IMG/VR virus record: IMGVR_UViG_3300028833_000010
Reading direction: 5' to 3' (one strand)
DNA: 64,000 nt
DNA from: a virus
The stretch's first letter is position 1. Each line of letters opens with the position of its first letter. The notes beneath the pieces are model-generated. The model saw nothing but the letters and a program-made list of their open reading frames with translations. It was not told where the DNA came from and ran no database searches. Position numbers and translations under genes: made by a program. Shown piece after piece: positions 16,608 to 26,312 of this stretch.

Positions 16608-18122
16608 ATGGTAAAAACAAATTTAGAAGATAAATTCACCTTTTGGTGTCCTTTAGAGAAGGCGCAAGACATTGACCCAACTACTGGTGAGTCAGTAATG
16701 AAGTTGGGTGGTATTGCTTCTACATCTGACGAGGATAGTGATGGAGAATTTCTTGACCCCAAGGGTTTTGATATTAAGCCGTTGATTGAAAGCGGTATGG
16801 TAAACTGGCACCATCAAGCGAAAGGTCAACCTGCTACGATTATTGGAGAGCCTACAAAAGCAGAGATACGTCCAGAAGGACTGTACATTGAAACAGAACT
16901 CTATCCTTCAAGCGAGATAGCGTGCGAAGTATGGAAATTGGCAGAAACTCTTGAGAAGGATTCAAAGACAAGGCGGTTGGGTTATTCGATTGAGGGTAAA
17001 GTAGTGAAACGTAAATCAGATGATAAAAATTCTCCAGACTATAAAAAGATTGTTAAAGCAATCATTACTGGCGTAGCTATCACCCATCAGCCTAAAAATC
17101 CAAAGACTTTTGCAAATATCATCAAAGGAGAGATTGATGATTTTGATGACGAGGAAGAAAAGGCATTAGATACAGAAACTGGTAAGGCTCTTAAAAAAGA
17201 GTCATTGGACAAGAAAATCAAAAATCAAACTTTTTCAAAAGCAGAAGTTATCGAAAGGATTTTCAAAGACATTCCAGGTATAAGTATTGAGAAAGCTGAA
17301 AAAATTCATTCATTGATATTAAAAATTGCGAGTATGAAAGGTACAAAAACCAAAGTAACCGATGAAGATATCAGCAAGGCATACGAAGCTCTTGGCTTGA
17401 ATGTAGAGCCAACTGATATTGAAAAGGGGGATGGCTGTTACGCTAATGGCGGACAGACTAAAAAGCCTATCAAGAAAGCGAAGTCCAAACCAGAAGCAGA
17501 GGATGAAACCGATGACGACATGGATGAGACCTATGACGACACGGATGAAACCGATGAAGGTGAAGAGGAGGATGACGATGTTAAAGAGGCAAAGAAAGGG
17601 AATGTGAAGAAGGGTGGTGACGGCGCAAATCGTTTTGACCGCATTGAAAAGGCAATTGCTACTTCTCATCAGATTAACTCTAAGTATATAAAAGCACTTG
17701 GAGTTATGGTTAAGGACGTTGCTCAGAAGGCTGCTGCTATTATGAGCGAAAACACTGAGTTGAAAGAGATTGTAAAAGCTCAAGAAGACACTATCAGTGT
17801 AATGTCCGAGAAATTGGAAGCATTTGGTTCCGAAGTTCCTGCACCTAAGTCAATCAGTGCTGCACGTCCAGTGGAACGTCATTTTGCAAAAGCAGAAGAC
17901 ACTGATATCACTAAGGGTGGTCAGGTTAAATCGAATGGCAATCAAGTATCTATGAGCAAGCAGCCGCACATTGTAGCTGAAATTCTTGACCAAGCTACGT
18001 TTGCTAAAGGCTTCGATGATGAGTTTAGTAAGGCTTGTACTGCTTTTGAAGCTAACAAAGTACTTCCTGCTAACATTATTGCTCGAATCAAAAACGAGAC
18101 AGGAATTGAAATTGTTAAGTAA
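16608..18122 (+). CDS. prohead protease fused to a scaffold-like domain
   Basis: The N-terminus 'KLGGIASTSDEDSDGEFLDPKGFDI...NWHHQ' resembles prohead serine protease (S78-type) motifs. The C-terminal half is acidic and coiled-coil, like a scaffold. The ATG at 16608 is preferred over the listed TTG at 16548. Confidence 0.55.
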   Translation: MVKTNLEDKFTFWCPLEKAQDIDPTTGESVMKLGGIASTSDEDSDGEFLDPKGFDIKPLIESGMVNWHHQAKGQPATIIGEPTKAEIRPEGLYIETELYPSSEIACEVWKLAETLEKDSKTRRLGYSIEGKVVKRKSDDKNSPDYKKIVKAIITGVAITHQPKNPKTFANIIKGEIDDFDDEEEKALDTETGKALKKESLDKKIKNQTFSKAEVIERIFKDIPGISIEKAEKIHSLILKIASMKGTKTKVTDEDISKAYEALGLNVEPTDIEKGDGCYANGGQTKKPIKKAKSKPEAEDETDDDMDETYDDTDETDEGEEEDDDVKEAKKGNVKKGGDGANRFDRIEKAIATSHQINSKYIKALGVMVKDVAQKAAAIMSENTELKEIVKAQEDTISVMSEKLEAFGSEVPAPKSISAARPVERHFAKAEDTDITKGGQVKSNGNQVSMSKQPHIVAEILDQATFAKGFDDEFSKACTAFEANKVLPANIIARIKNETGIEIVK

Positions 18123-18146
18123 ACAACAACTTTTATAATAAGCAAA

Positions 18147-19640
18147 ATGGAAAGATTATCTATCAACTTGGCTGATTACGGCTACGCCACTCAGCAGGAT
18201 GGTTTCCACTCTGGAATGCATGGTAGCGAAAACCTTGACCAGTTGAACAAGGCTCTTGCTGCTGAGCAAATTACAGGACGTGAGACCGCTGACCTGACTA
18301 CTGCGTCAGGTGCTCCGTTGAAGGTTGAATCTTTGGAGAAAACTCTGAAGCATATCACCTTCCGTGAGAGCGACATTCGCCTTTGGAAAGACCTTCCAAA
18401 AAAGGCTGCGTATAATACTGTAGAAGAGTACAACCAGCAAACTTCTTATGGTGCTAATCGAGGTGGCTGGAACAGAGAAGGTGAATTACCAGAAGAGGAA
18501 GATTCAATCTTTGTTCGTAGAGCTCAGTTGGTGAAATACCTTGGTGTTACCAAGTCTGTAACTCACCAAATGACTCTTGTAAACACAATGATTGGTTCCA
18601 TAATGGAGCGTACTATCAAAGATGGAACGCTTTGGATTTTGCGTACCTTGAACCAAGGACTTTATTTTGGTAACGAAAAACTTGTGCCTGAACAGTTCAA
18701 CGGCTTTTTGGCTCAGCAGCAGCAGTCTGACGCTTGGGCTTCTTATGCTGATTACATGAACTCTGAGATGGTCATTGACCTTCGTGGTTCGGCTCTTACT
18801 GAAGATGCGATTGAAACTGCTGCCAACTCTATCGTAGAAAACTACGGACTTGGTACTCAGCTTTATGGACCACCTGCAGTACTTTCTTCTTTCGTGAAGA
18901 ACTTCTATGGTAACAAGTTCATTGTTCCTAATACTCCAAGCTTGAGTAATGGTATTATGGGACAGAGAGTTCAGGCATTTGACTCTCAGTTTGGACAGAT
19001 TGGTTTGAACCACGATGTATTCTTCAAGAAACTTCCGAGCAAAACTTCAGCAAGTCCTGCTACTTCTCAGAAAGCTCCAACCAAGCCTGTATGGGATGTA
19101 ACTACTCCTGCTGCTGTTCAGAATAGTATTGCTGGTAGCAAATGGGCTTCAACCGATGCTGGTAATGTATTCTATGGCGTAGTTGCTATCAACCGCTTCG
19201 GTGAGTCTGATATGGCAATTTATAGCACTGCTGTTGCTGCCGTTGCCAATGGTGCTATTGACCTGAAGTTTGCCGATGGAGGTGGTGTAAATGGAGCAAC
19301 TGCTTATCGTATCTATCGTACCAAAGTCGGTGGCTCTGCTACTGGTGAGTTCTTCCCATTGTTTGAAGTTTCTCTGGACGACTTGACCCGTGGTTATGAT
19401 GGCGGAGCACCTGGTATCATTCGTGATATGAACCGCTTCTTGCCTGACTGTGACCAGTCTGCTCTGTTCCAGTTCGATAATGAAGTAGTTGAGTTTGCTC
19501 AGCTTGCTCCTCTGATGAAGATGGACTTGGCTGTTCTTTCTCCTGCATACCGCTTCATGGTGCTGCTTTATGGAACTCCGTTCCTTTATGCTCCAAAGAA
19601 GATGGTTCGCTTCATCAACATTGGCAAGTTTGTAAGTTAA
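18147..19640 (+). CDS. major capsid protein
   Basis: 497 aa, directly after the protease/scaffold and followed by the strongest GC hairpin terminator in the module. The call is by synteny. Confidence 0.65.
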   Translation: MERLSINLADYGYATQQDGFHSGMHGSENLDQLNKALAAEQITGRETADLTTASGAPLKVESLEKTLKHITFRESDIRLWKDLPKKAAYNTVEEYNQQTSYGANRGGWNREGELPEEEDSIFVRRAQLVKYLGVTKSVTHQMTLVNTMIGSIMERTIKDGTLWILRTLNQGLYFGNEKLVPEQFNGFLAQQQQSDAWASYADYMNSEMVIDLRGSALTEDAIETAANSIVENYGLGTQLYGPPAVLSSFVKNFYGNKFIVPNTPSLSNGIMGQRVQAFDSQFGQIGLNHDVFFKKLPSKTSASPATSQKAPTKPVWDVTTPAAVQNSIAGSKWASTDAGNVFYGVVAINRFGESDMAIYSTAVAAVANGAIDLKFADGGGVNGATAYRIYRTKVGGSATGEFFPLFEVSLDDLTRGYDGGAPGIIRDMNRFLPDCDQSALFQFDNEVVEFAQLAPLMKMDLAVLSPAYRFMVLLYGTPFLYAPKKMVRFINIGKFVS

Positions 19641-19669
19641 ACGATAATCAATTGTTTAATTGAGAGAAT

Positions 19670-19697
19670 GGGTGGGTGCTTGCCCACCCCTTTTTTC
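19670..19697 (+). terminator. intrinsic terminator after the capsid gene
   Basis: GGGTGGG-TGCTTG-CCCACCC followed by CTTTTTT. Confidence 0.85.
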
Positions 19698-19699
19698 TT

Positions 19700-19709
19700 A
19701 AATCGTAAA
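19700..19709 (+). promoter_or_regulatory. AAATCGTAAA box, copy 1
   Basis: Exact 10-mer, 6 nt upstream of the ATG at 19716. Identical boxes lie at 48005, 48695 and 54845. Confidence 0.4.
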
Positions 19710-19715
19710 ATTAAA

Positions 19716-20153
19716 ATGAAAATTAAAGCAAAAAATCAAAATGTAGTTTCTATGGAGCTTATCGTGCCTGTAGATGGCCGTATTTCCATAGATGATAACG
19801 GAGTAGCAGAAGTATCACCTAAGTGTGCTGCAGCTCTTGTAAAGGGCACTAACGACTGGGATTATGCTAAGAAGGCTACAGCCGTTCAGGACGAAGAGGA
19901 GGAAGATGGCGACAATGGTGATGAACCTTCCGAGCGTGAACGATTTGAAGCTCATCTTGATACATTGACTCTTGCTCAGATGAAGGAATATGCTAAAGAA
20001 GGTGATATGCCCGAAGATGAGTATGAGAAATTGAACTCAAAGAAACTCATGAAAGCATACTTGTTGAAAAAGTACGATGAAGCTGAAGCAACAAGCGAGC
20101 TTGATGAAGAGGATGAGGAGGAAGATGGCGACAATGAAGGTAATGAACAATAA
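19716..20153 (+). CDS. acidic protein with a helix-extension-helix (Rho_N/SAP-like) segment
   Basis: The ATG at 19716 lies after the terminator, whereas the listed 19668 start lies inside the hairpin. 'LTLAQMKEYAKEGDMPEDEYEKLNSKKLMKAYLLKKY' is flanked by two copies of EEEDGDN (21-nt direct repeat at 19896 and 20117). Confidence 0.45.
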   Translation: MKIKAKNQNVVSMELIVPVDGRISIDDNGVAEVSPKCAAALVKGTNDWDYAKKATAVQDEEEEDGDNGDEPSERERFEAHLDTLTLAQMKEYAKEGDMPEDEYEKLNSKKLMKAYLLKKYDEAEATSELDEEDEEEDGDNEGNEQ

Positions 20154-20177
20154 ATAATCTTTTAACATTGTCTTGAT

Positions 20178-20975
20178 ATGCCAAGTTTAAGACTGAAAAT
20201 ACAATACAATAAGAATATGGAGATGATTATGTCTCCTACTGAACTGATGGAGAATTATCTGTTTGGTATTCCCATGTGTTCTAATGACGGCAAGAAAATG
20301 TCTATGTCGGCTATTTCGCAACACATCATTTCAGCCCAGACTACGATTGAGAGTTTGTTCAGTATTAAACTTACAAAACAAGTCATAGAGGAAAATCGTG
20401 ATTTCATACGGCAAGAATTTATGTCTTGGGGGTATATCAGGACAATGTATCCTATTGATTACATAGACAATCTTGAAGGTTGGATAAATGACGTTTGTCA
20501 AATAACCTATCCGAAGGAATGGCTGTCTATTAAAAAGATTGAAGCTGTTGCTGTATATCGTAACATCTACCTCATACCGAACACTGGTAGCAAGGAAGGA
20601 GCTACAATGACGCAAAACTCTTTAATCTACAATGGTATTTCTCCGCATCTTGGATGGTTCGGTCAAACCTATATTCCTAATTATTGGAGAACAAGGTATA
20701 TAACAGGCTGGGATAAAATTCCTGCTGATTTATTTGACTTTATAGCAAAGATGGCAGCTTTGAACGTTCTTGCCGTTATTGGAGACGTATTGTATGGAAT
20801 TGGTATCACTTCTGTTCAGATAAGTTTAGACGGAGTGAGCCAAAATACTCCATTGACGAGAAGTGCTCAGGGTGGACTTTTTGCAGGACGCATTAAAACA
20901 TACGTTGATGAAATGAACAGAATAATGCCTGCGTTAAAATCTAAGTATCGTGGTATTCCGTTTGAAGTATTGTAA
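20178..20975 (+). CDS. virion (head-tail joining region) protein, function unknown
   Basis: 265 aa, positioned between the capsid and sheath genes. Confidence 0.4.
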   Translation: MPSLRLKIQYNKNMEMIMSPTELMENYLFGIPMCSNDGKKMSMSAISQHIISAQTTIESLFSIKLTKQVIEENRDFIRQEFMSWGYIRTMYPIDYIDNLEGWINDVCQITYPKEWLSIKKIEAVAVYRNIYLIPNTGSKEGATMTQNSLIYNGISPHLGWFGQTYIPNYWRTRYITGWDKIPADLFDFIAKMAALNVLAVIGDVLYGIGITSVQISLDGVSQNTPLTRSAQGGLFAGRIKTYVDEMNRIMPALKSKYRGIPFEVL

Positions 20976-20977
20976 TT

Positions 20978-21835
20978 ATGTCAATTGAAAGTAACAATAA
21001 AAATCGAAAAAGTATCATAACCGATAAGCCTACTGCCTTTCAAACTCCTGCGTCAGCTGTCAATTTGAGAGTAGGTTGGAATGTCAATAATTTTGAAACT
21101 CTTATACAGACTCAAGGATATGACGCTTTTATTGACCGAGCTTTGAGATGTCCTTGTGTTGATAAAGCAACTGGCCAGGCTCTTTCTACTTGTAAAAATT
21201 GTTTAGGCAGAGGTTGGTTTTTTATTGATAGAACTGAAACACGCTTGATTGCTCAACATATGGATAGCAAAAAGCGTTATGAAAATTGGAGTGAAGTCAA
21301 TAGAGGAACAGCTTCGATAACTACTAAAGGAATTGATAAACTTGGGTTTATGGATAGAATTATCTTAACCCAATTGGAAGAATTTTATTCAGAAATAATA
21401 CGACCTATTTTTTATCAGGGAGAAATCATTGCATATCCAGTTTATGAACCTTTAAAGATAACAAACATGTTTTTGTTTTCTTCGGATAACGAAAAACTTG
21501 TGCCTATAATGCCTGACGAATATACAGTTGACAAAAATAAAATAGTTTTTAGTTTAGGTATTCAAGATAAGATAGCAATATCTGATATGAATATAAAAGC
21601 TAAATCAGAGATACCCATAAGTATTTCCATAAGGTATTCTCACTATCCAGTTTATCATGTTATAGACATCAATCGAGAACTTATGAAAGTGCGTGAGAGT
21701 AGGTTCTGTTCATTCGATGACGAGAAGCTCAGGCAAATGCCTATAAATGTGTTAGCAAGGAAAGCTCATTATATATTCGATGCTCAGAAGTTTGGAGAAG
21801 AGAGTTTTGAAAATGTTGTAATGCCGAAAGTATAA
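20978..21835 (+). CDS. virion protein with a CxC...CxxC cluster, function unknown
   Basis: 'RCPCVDKATGQALSTCKNCLGRGWFF' is a putative Zn-binding knuckle. The gene sits in the neck-module position. Confidence 0.4.
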   Translation: MSIESNNKNRKSIITDKPTAFQTPASAVNLRVGWNVNNFETLIQTQGYDAFIDRALRCPCVDKATGQALSTCKNCLGRGWFFIDRTETRLIAQHMDSKKRYENWSEVNRGTASITTKGIDKLGFMDRIILTQLEEFYSEIIRPIFYQGEIIAYPVYEPLKITNMFLFSSDNEKLVPIMPDEYTVDKNKIVFSLGIQDKIAISDMNIKAKSEIPISISIRYSHYPVYHVIDINRELMKVRESRFCSFDDEKLRQMPINVLARKAHYIFDAQKFGEESFENVVMPKV

Positions 21836-21838
21836 CAT

Positions 21839-22642
21839 ATGAAACCAATAGTAATAGATTTATCAGGACTTCAAGCTCAATTTGGGTTAGCAGCTGATAC
21901 GATTGATATGCTGACAGAGACTTGCGTGAATGCGGTTACTGCGGCAGTCTATGCTAATTGGGAAGCTCTTGCTAAACAAAAATTGAACTCAACTATTCCT
22001 GAATATACACAGCATTTGATTAAGGTAGATAAAGGAAGATTTGCAAAACAAATTGTATTAACTGGAGTTCTTCCGAATATGATTGAACAGGGAGCTTCTG
22101 CGTTCGACATGAAAGAAGGCTTCAAAAAGTCTCAAAAGGTAAAATACACAATACCTGTTTATAACAAGAAAGGTAAGCAATTGTATAAAGGAGGAGATTG
22201 GTATTTGACCATTCCGTTTCGTATTGGCACACCTGGTACGCTTGGTCAAGCAGGATTCACTGGAGAGATGCCTCAAGAAATATATGATATAATGAGGAAG
22301 CGAGCGGCAGGAAAAGGCTTGACAGCTTCTGAAATTCCTTCTCCATATGATGTGCCTAAATCAAGAGATGCAATTGTAAATGAAGGTGGGCAGGTTCTTT
22401 TTGGGGAATATCAACACCGCAATTCTATCTACGAAGGTTTGACAAAACGAAGGGCTCAATATGGAAAGACTTCTCAAAATACCTATGGAACATTCAGACG
22501 AGCTGGAGCAAACTCTGACCCATTGTCTTGGATTCATAAGGGCATTAAAGCATATCATTTAGCCGAAGAAGCTGTGGATAAAACAGATGTTGAAACTATT
22601 GTAGAAAATGAAGTAACAACCTATTTGGAAACAATATTATGA
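21839..22642 (+). CDS. virion (neck/tail completion region) protein, function unknown
   Basis: 267 aa, called by synteny only. Confidence 0.4.
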   Translation: MKPIVIDLSGLQAQFGLAADTIDMLTETCVNAVTAAVYANWEALAKQKLNSTIPEYTQHLIKVDKGRFAKQIVLTGVLPNMIEQGASAFDMKEGFKKSQKVKYTIPVYNKKGKQLYKGGDWYLTIPFRIGTPGTLGQAGFTGEMPQEIYDIMRKRAAGKGLTASEIPSPYDVPKSRDAIVNEGGQVLFGEYQHRNSIYEGLTKRRAQYGKTSQNTYGTFRRAGANSDPLSWIHKGIKAYHLAEEAVDKTDVETIVENEVTTYLETIL

Positions 22643-23358
22643 GTGGAATACTTTTACCAGAGATTGTGATTTACAATACTTTGGAATCAATAGTTCGATT
22701 ATTGCGTGAAGATTTGAAAGAACACGTAGCAAATGATAAAGAAACTATCTTGTATAAGATACTGGGCGTGGACGAAGAAGGCAAGCCGATTAAGATGAAC
22801 TTGTATAACTACTTCGTTCAAGCAAAGAAGATGATATTGACTCCTCATAATTTATCTGTAAACTTTGGATATAATCAAGAAGTAGCAAAGATAATATCAA
22901 TGCACATTCTCCTTCCTTCAGAACAGGGTGAGGCTACTATCGGAGAAGATGAAGGATATTTGGAAGATGATATTGATGATAAGGATGGCAACAAAGTAGC
23001 AACTCAACAATACTTCACTCAAATGTACAATTGCACGTATCAAATCATGATTACAAGCAATAACTCCTCTGAGGTAAACGTAGTGTATAACATACTAAAA
23101 AGCATGCTGCTTATGCTTGTTCCTCACTTGGAGCTAATGGGTATTCGTATACCTTCATTATCAGGTAATGATATAATGATGCAAGATGACCTTACTCCAG
23201 TGCCTTTGTTTCATAAAGTTATCAATCTGACATTCAAATACGAACATAACGTTCCACAACTTGTACGGAATGATATAGCAAAGAAGTTCTATTTCATTAT
23301 GCGTATGATTGATTACAATGATGATACTTCATCAAGCTCAAGTATAGATAAGGAGTGA
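22639..23358 (+). CDS. virion (neck/tail completion region) protein, function unknown
   Basis: 239 aa, ATGA overlap, immediately upstream of the sheath gene. Confidence 0.4.
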   Translation: MSGILLPEIVIYNTLESIVRLLREDLKEHVANDKETILYKILGVDEEGKPIKMNLYNYFVQAKKMILTPHNLSVNFGYNQEVAKIISMHILLPSEQGEATIGEDEGYLEDDIDDKDGNKVATQQYFTQMYNCTYQIMITSNNSSEVNVVYNILKSMLLMLVPHLELMGIRIPSLSGNDIMMQDDLTPVPLFHKVINLTFKYEHNVPQLVRNDIAKKFYFIMRMIDYNDDTSSSSSIDKE

Positions 23359-23389
23359 AATTTGAAATAATTCATATAAACAAAAGATT

Positions 23390-25012
23390 ATGGCAACAGT
23401 AGTTAATTTTCATGGCAAGAACTACATTGAACCTGGTTCGTATGCTGCTACCGTTTATAATCCAACGTCAGTCGTAAACGTTGCCGAATTTGGTAATGTT
23501 ATGATTATAGACACTGGGTTGGCGATGAATGGCTCATACGAATATGCAGGAGGTTCAGGAGTTCGTGGTGAACTGGCACAAGGCTTGAAGTCTGTGTACG
23601 AGTTCACAAACTATGAGGACTTCTTATCTTTCATGGGAGGAGGTCTGGTTGGCGATATAGCTAACAAGATTTTCACACCCCTGGATGGTTCAGCAGGTGC
23701 TCCTAAGTTGTATTATGTCCGTGCTGCACAAACGACTTGTGCAACTCTTACAGTTACAATATCAAGCTCCAATGCTTTGGTATTGAAATGTAAGAACGAA
23801 GGCATTGTTGGTAACGGAGTAAAAGTTGATGGCGTTTTGAAAGTAGGTTACGGAGCTCAGATTGTAGCTGGTGAAGCTGCTGATACTTTCAAACTTCAAG
23901 TTTTCCGAGGTTCTTTTATGGGAGTGGATGATGCAGGTGAAGCCTTTGGAGCTAAGAGCTTGGCTGATGCAGTTCCTAACCTTATTGCTGAATCGGGTGA
24001 CCTTACTACTCTTCAGGAGTTATATGATTGGGCAAAGTCAAACAAGCAGATGCTTGCTAACTTCGTTGTAAATATGACGGGTAATGGAGAAACAGAGCTT
24101 GCTACTGTAGCTATGACTTTGGCTGCTGGAGGTACAACCGAGTATATGGGAAGTACAGAGTATGCTGACGTGTTAGAAGCAATAGCAGAGTTGGATGTTA
24201 CATTCTTCCTGTGTACTAACTTAAATGCTGCAGGAGGCAAGGGAGTGGATGCTGCAACGAATGGTAAACTGTTCACGTTCCTTAAACAGACTGCCAAGTT
24301 CAATGAATTCATGGTAGTGCCAGGGGGTGAAGATAGTACTGACTTGTTTGGAGAAAGTAATAGTTCAGAGTCAATTGCTAAGTATTACAATTCAGGTCAG
24401 GTTGTTTGTGTTCATGGAGCTCCTATTGTAACAAGAAAAGACCAGAACGGAACAAAGAAACTGCATACTATCTACCTTGCTGCAGCAATCGTAGGTTTGA
24501 ATGCAGGTATGGCGGCTCAAACTCCGCTCACTTTCAAGCGTGTTGGCTATCAGTCATTTGCTTATGATTTAAAGAAACGAGAAAGAGAAAGAGCGTTGCA
24601 GGCTGGTATCATGCACGTTCGCAATGTATCGGGATATTGGTGTGTCAACCAAGGAATTACAACCTTGCTAGACAACAAGAAAACAATTGCCGATGACGGT
24701 CAGTCGTTTGAGTTATCCGTAGAGCTTATCAAGGCTCAGTTGAATAAAGAACTTATTTTGGATGGACAAACGAGGTTTACAGGACAAACGGCAGCTCAGG
24801 CTTCTCCGCAGTCTGTCAAGAACTTTACCGAAACAAAACTTGCTTCTTTGGTAGCATATCCTGGTAATGATAACTTGCTTATCAGTTGGAAGAATGTAAA
24901 GGTTGTTGCTAAGAATAGTGACTACTTTATCACTTACGACTTCGTGCCGAACGTACCTGTTAACAAGACGTTCTTCATTGGGAATATCTTGGATTTTTCA
25001 GTAGAAGTGTAA
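23390..25012 (+). CDS. contractile tail sheath protein
   Basis: 540 aa, followed by a 166-aa tube-sized gene, a chaperone pair and the tape measure. This is the classic myovirus order. Confidence 0.65.
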   Translation: MATVVNFHGKNYIEPGSYAATVYNPTSVVNVAEFGNVMIIDTGLAMNGSYEYAGGSGVRGELAQGLKSVYEFTNYEDFLSFMGGGLVGDIANKIFTPLDGSAGAPKLYYVRAAQTTCATLTVTISSSNALVLKCKNEGIVGNGVKVDGVLKVGYGAQIVAGEAADTFKLQVFRGSFMGVDDAGEAFGAKSLADAVPNLIAESGDLTTLQELYDWAKSNKQMLANFVVNMTGNGETELATVAMTLAAGGTTEYMGSTEYADVLEAIAELDVTFFLCTNLNAAGGKGVDAATNGKLFTFLKQTAKFNEFMVVPGGEDSTDLFGESNSSESIAKYYNSGQVVCVHGAPIVTRKDQNGTKKLHTIYLAAAIVGLNAGMAAQTPLTFKRVGYQSFAYDLKKRERERALQAGIMHVRNVSGYWCVNQGITTLLDNKKTIADDGQSFELSVELIKAQLNKELILDGQTRFTGQTAAQASPQSVKNFTETKLASLVAYPGNDNLLISWKNVKVVAKNSDYFITYDFVPNVPVNKTFFIGNILDFSVEV

Positions 25013-25033
25013 CAAATAAAAAGATAATATACT

Positions 25034-25534
25034 ATGGCAAAGAATGAAAAAGTGATGACTGCCCCATTGGCTATCATCCAGATAAATTCAGTCACAGTGG
25101 GCAAAATGAAAAATGTTCGTATCACCGAAAACATAAGACGTGGACGTGTTACTGGCGTTGGACGATTAAACCCAGAGGAGCTGCCTGCTTTGGAATGGAG
25201 TGGTTCTTTGTCTTGTTCTTCTTATACCATCAACTTCAACCTTCTGGCTAACAAAATGAAGAAGGGTGCGTTCAGAAACGCTGGTACAGTGGAAGAATGG
25301 GCAAACGCTATTCTGCTTCAGGAAGATGGGCTTGAAATTGCTATCCTTCGTAAAGTGAAGGATGGAGCGATTGACAACGAAACTGGTTTGGTTTCTACTA
25401 AATATGAGACCTTTGCGAAAACTGTTGGAGCGTTCATGACACGTGAAGGCTTCGATATTCAAGAAGGTCAGATTTCAGGACGTGATACTGAATTTGAGTA
25501 TTTGGAACCAATTCTGTATAATGGAATTGTTTAA
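25034..25534 (+). CDS. tail tube protein
   Basis: 166 aa, directly after the sheath gene. Called by synteny. Confidence 0.6.
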   Translation: MAKNEKVMTAPLAIIQINSVTVGKMKNVRITENIRRGRVTGVGRLNPEELPALEWSGSLSCSSYTINFNLLANKMKKGAFRNAGTVEEWANAILLQEDGLEIAILRKVKDGAIDNETGLVSTKYETFAKTVGAFMTREGFDIQEGQISGRDTEFEYLEPILYNGIV

Positions 25535-25544
25535 ACCAAAATAA

Positions 25545-25589
25545 ACAGTTATAGGAAGGTAGTATGTGAATAACGTACTACCTTTTTTA
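25545..25589 (+). terminator. ACAGTTATAGG box copy 3 fused to an intrinsic terminator
   Basis: ACAGTTATAGGAAGGTAGTA, 11-nt loop, TACTACCTTTTTTAT. The 9-bp perfect stem is 25556-25564 / 25576-25584. Confidence 0.6.
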
Positions 25590-25613
25590 TTGTAAATAAC
25601 TAAATTGTAAGTC

Positions 25614-26012
25614 ATGATTGAAAGACAGAAAAAATTCAGTATCGGAAAAAAGACGTTCACATGTCAATTTCCCAACGTTGGGCAGATAATTGACTTGGAA
25701 AGTCTGAAACAGGCTCTAACTAATAACCGATATGGGGTTATGGCAGCGAGTGGTGTAGCAAGCATGTATTATGCTCTTGATATAGTTGATGCTATTGCCT
25801 TCCTTCAGGTATGCGTTCCGAGTGTGGCGAAGTATTATGATATTAAAAATTACACTGCCCTTGCTCCTGAAGATATCAAGGAATTGGTAGAAGTGTATCA
25901 GGAGGAATTGAAACCTTGGTTCGACAATGTAATGGCAGAACTTAAAGGCATAAAACTGAACAATGGCGGAGACAAATCTGAAGAAGAGGTTGAATCTGGA
26001 GAGGAAGGTTGA
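25614..26012 (+). CDS. tail assembly chaperone (gpG-like position)
   Basis: 132 aa with an acidic C-terminus, between the tube and tape-measure genes. Confidence 0.5.
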   Translation: MIERQKKFSIGKKTFTCQFPNVGQIIDLESLKQALTNNRYGVMAASGVASMYYALDIVDAIAFLQVCVPSVAKYYDIKNYTALAPEDIKELVEVYQEELKPWFDNVMAELKGIKLNNGGDKSEEEVESGEEG

Positions 26013-26304
26013 TAACTTCCTTTCTTCTTGGCATCAATTCCTTATTGATTATTGGTGGCGTAAAAAATACAATGTGCCATTCGGTTCACCTCAGCATAGG
26101 GAAATGAACTTTATTGATATGTATATAGAGTTCCAAGAGGAAGTTGCTATCAATAGAGCTATTAATCATACCGACTATGATGAGGATGAAGTCGAAAATG
26201 AAGTGTTAGGATTGACAGATACTAATAAGAAAGTTGTTAAAGTAACAGATAAAGAAATTGATGAAGACTTTGATAAATTAGATTTGAGTCAATTTGATAA
26301 ATAA
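25963..26304 (+). CDS. second tail-chaperone-position ORF (separate gene or frameshift extension)
   Basis: Overlaps the previous ORF by 50 nt in the +1 frame. That frame opens only at 25960. Confidence 0.4.
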   Translation: MAETNLKKRLNLERKVDNFLSSWHQFLIDYWWRKKYNVPFGSPQHREMNFIDMYIEFQEEVAINRAINHTDYDEDEVENEVLGLTDTNKKVVKVTDKEIDEDFDKLDLSQFDK

Positions 26305-26312
26305 GAATAATT

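Noticed and set aside
17419-17607. Nested alternative-frame plus-strand ORFs (5018-5209, 14004-14243, 17419-17607, 23871-24071, 36231-36506, 40559-40786, 45433-45639, 46228-46425, 47210-47398, 48901-49125, 55128-55331).
   Set aside because: They lie wholly inside longer ORFs that have recognisable domains. Their composition is low-complexity or K/R-rich, typical of off-frame readings of A/G-rich sequence.
20978-21835. Treating the CxC...CxxC protein as a nuclease or HNH element.
   Set aside because: There is only one Cys cluster, no His-Asn-His pattern, and the gene sits among neck genes. It is more likely a structural zinc knuckle.
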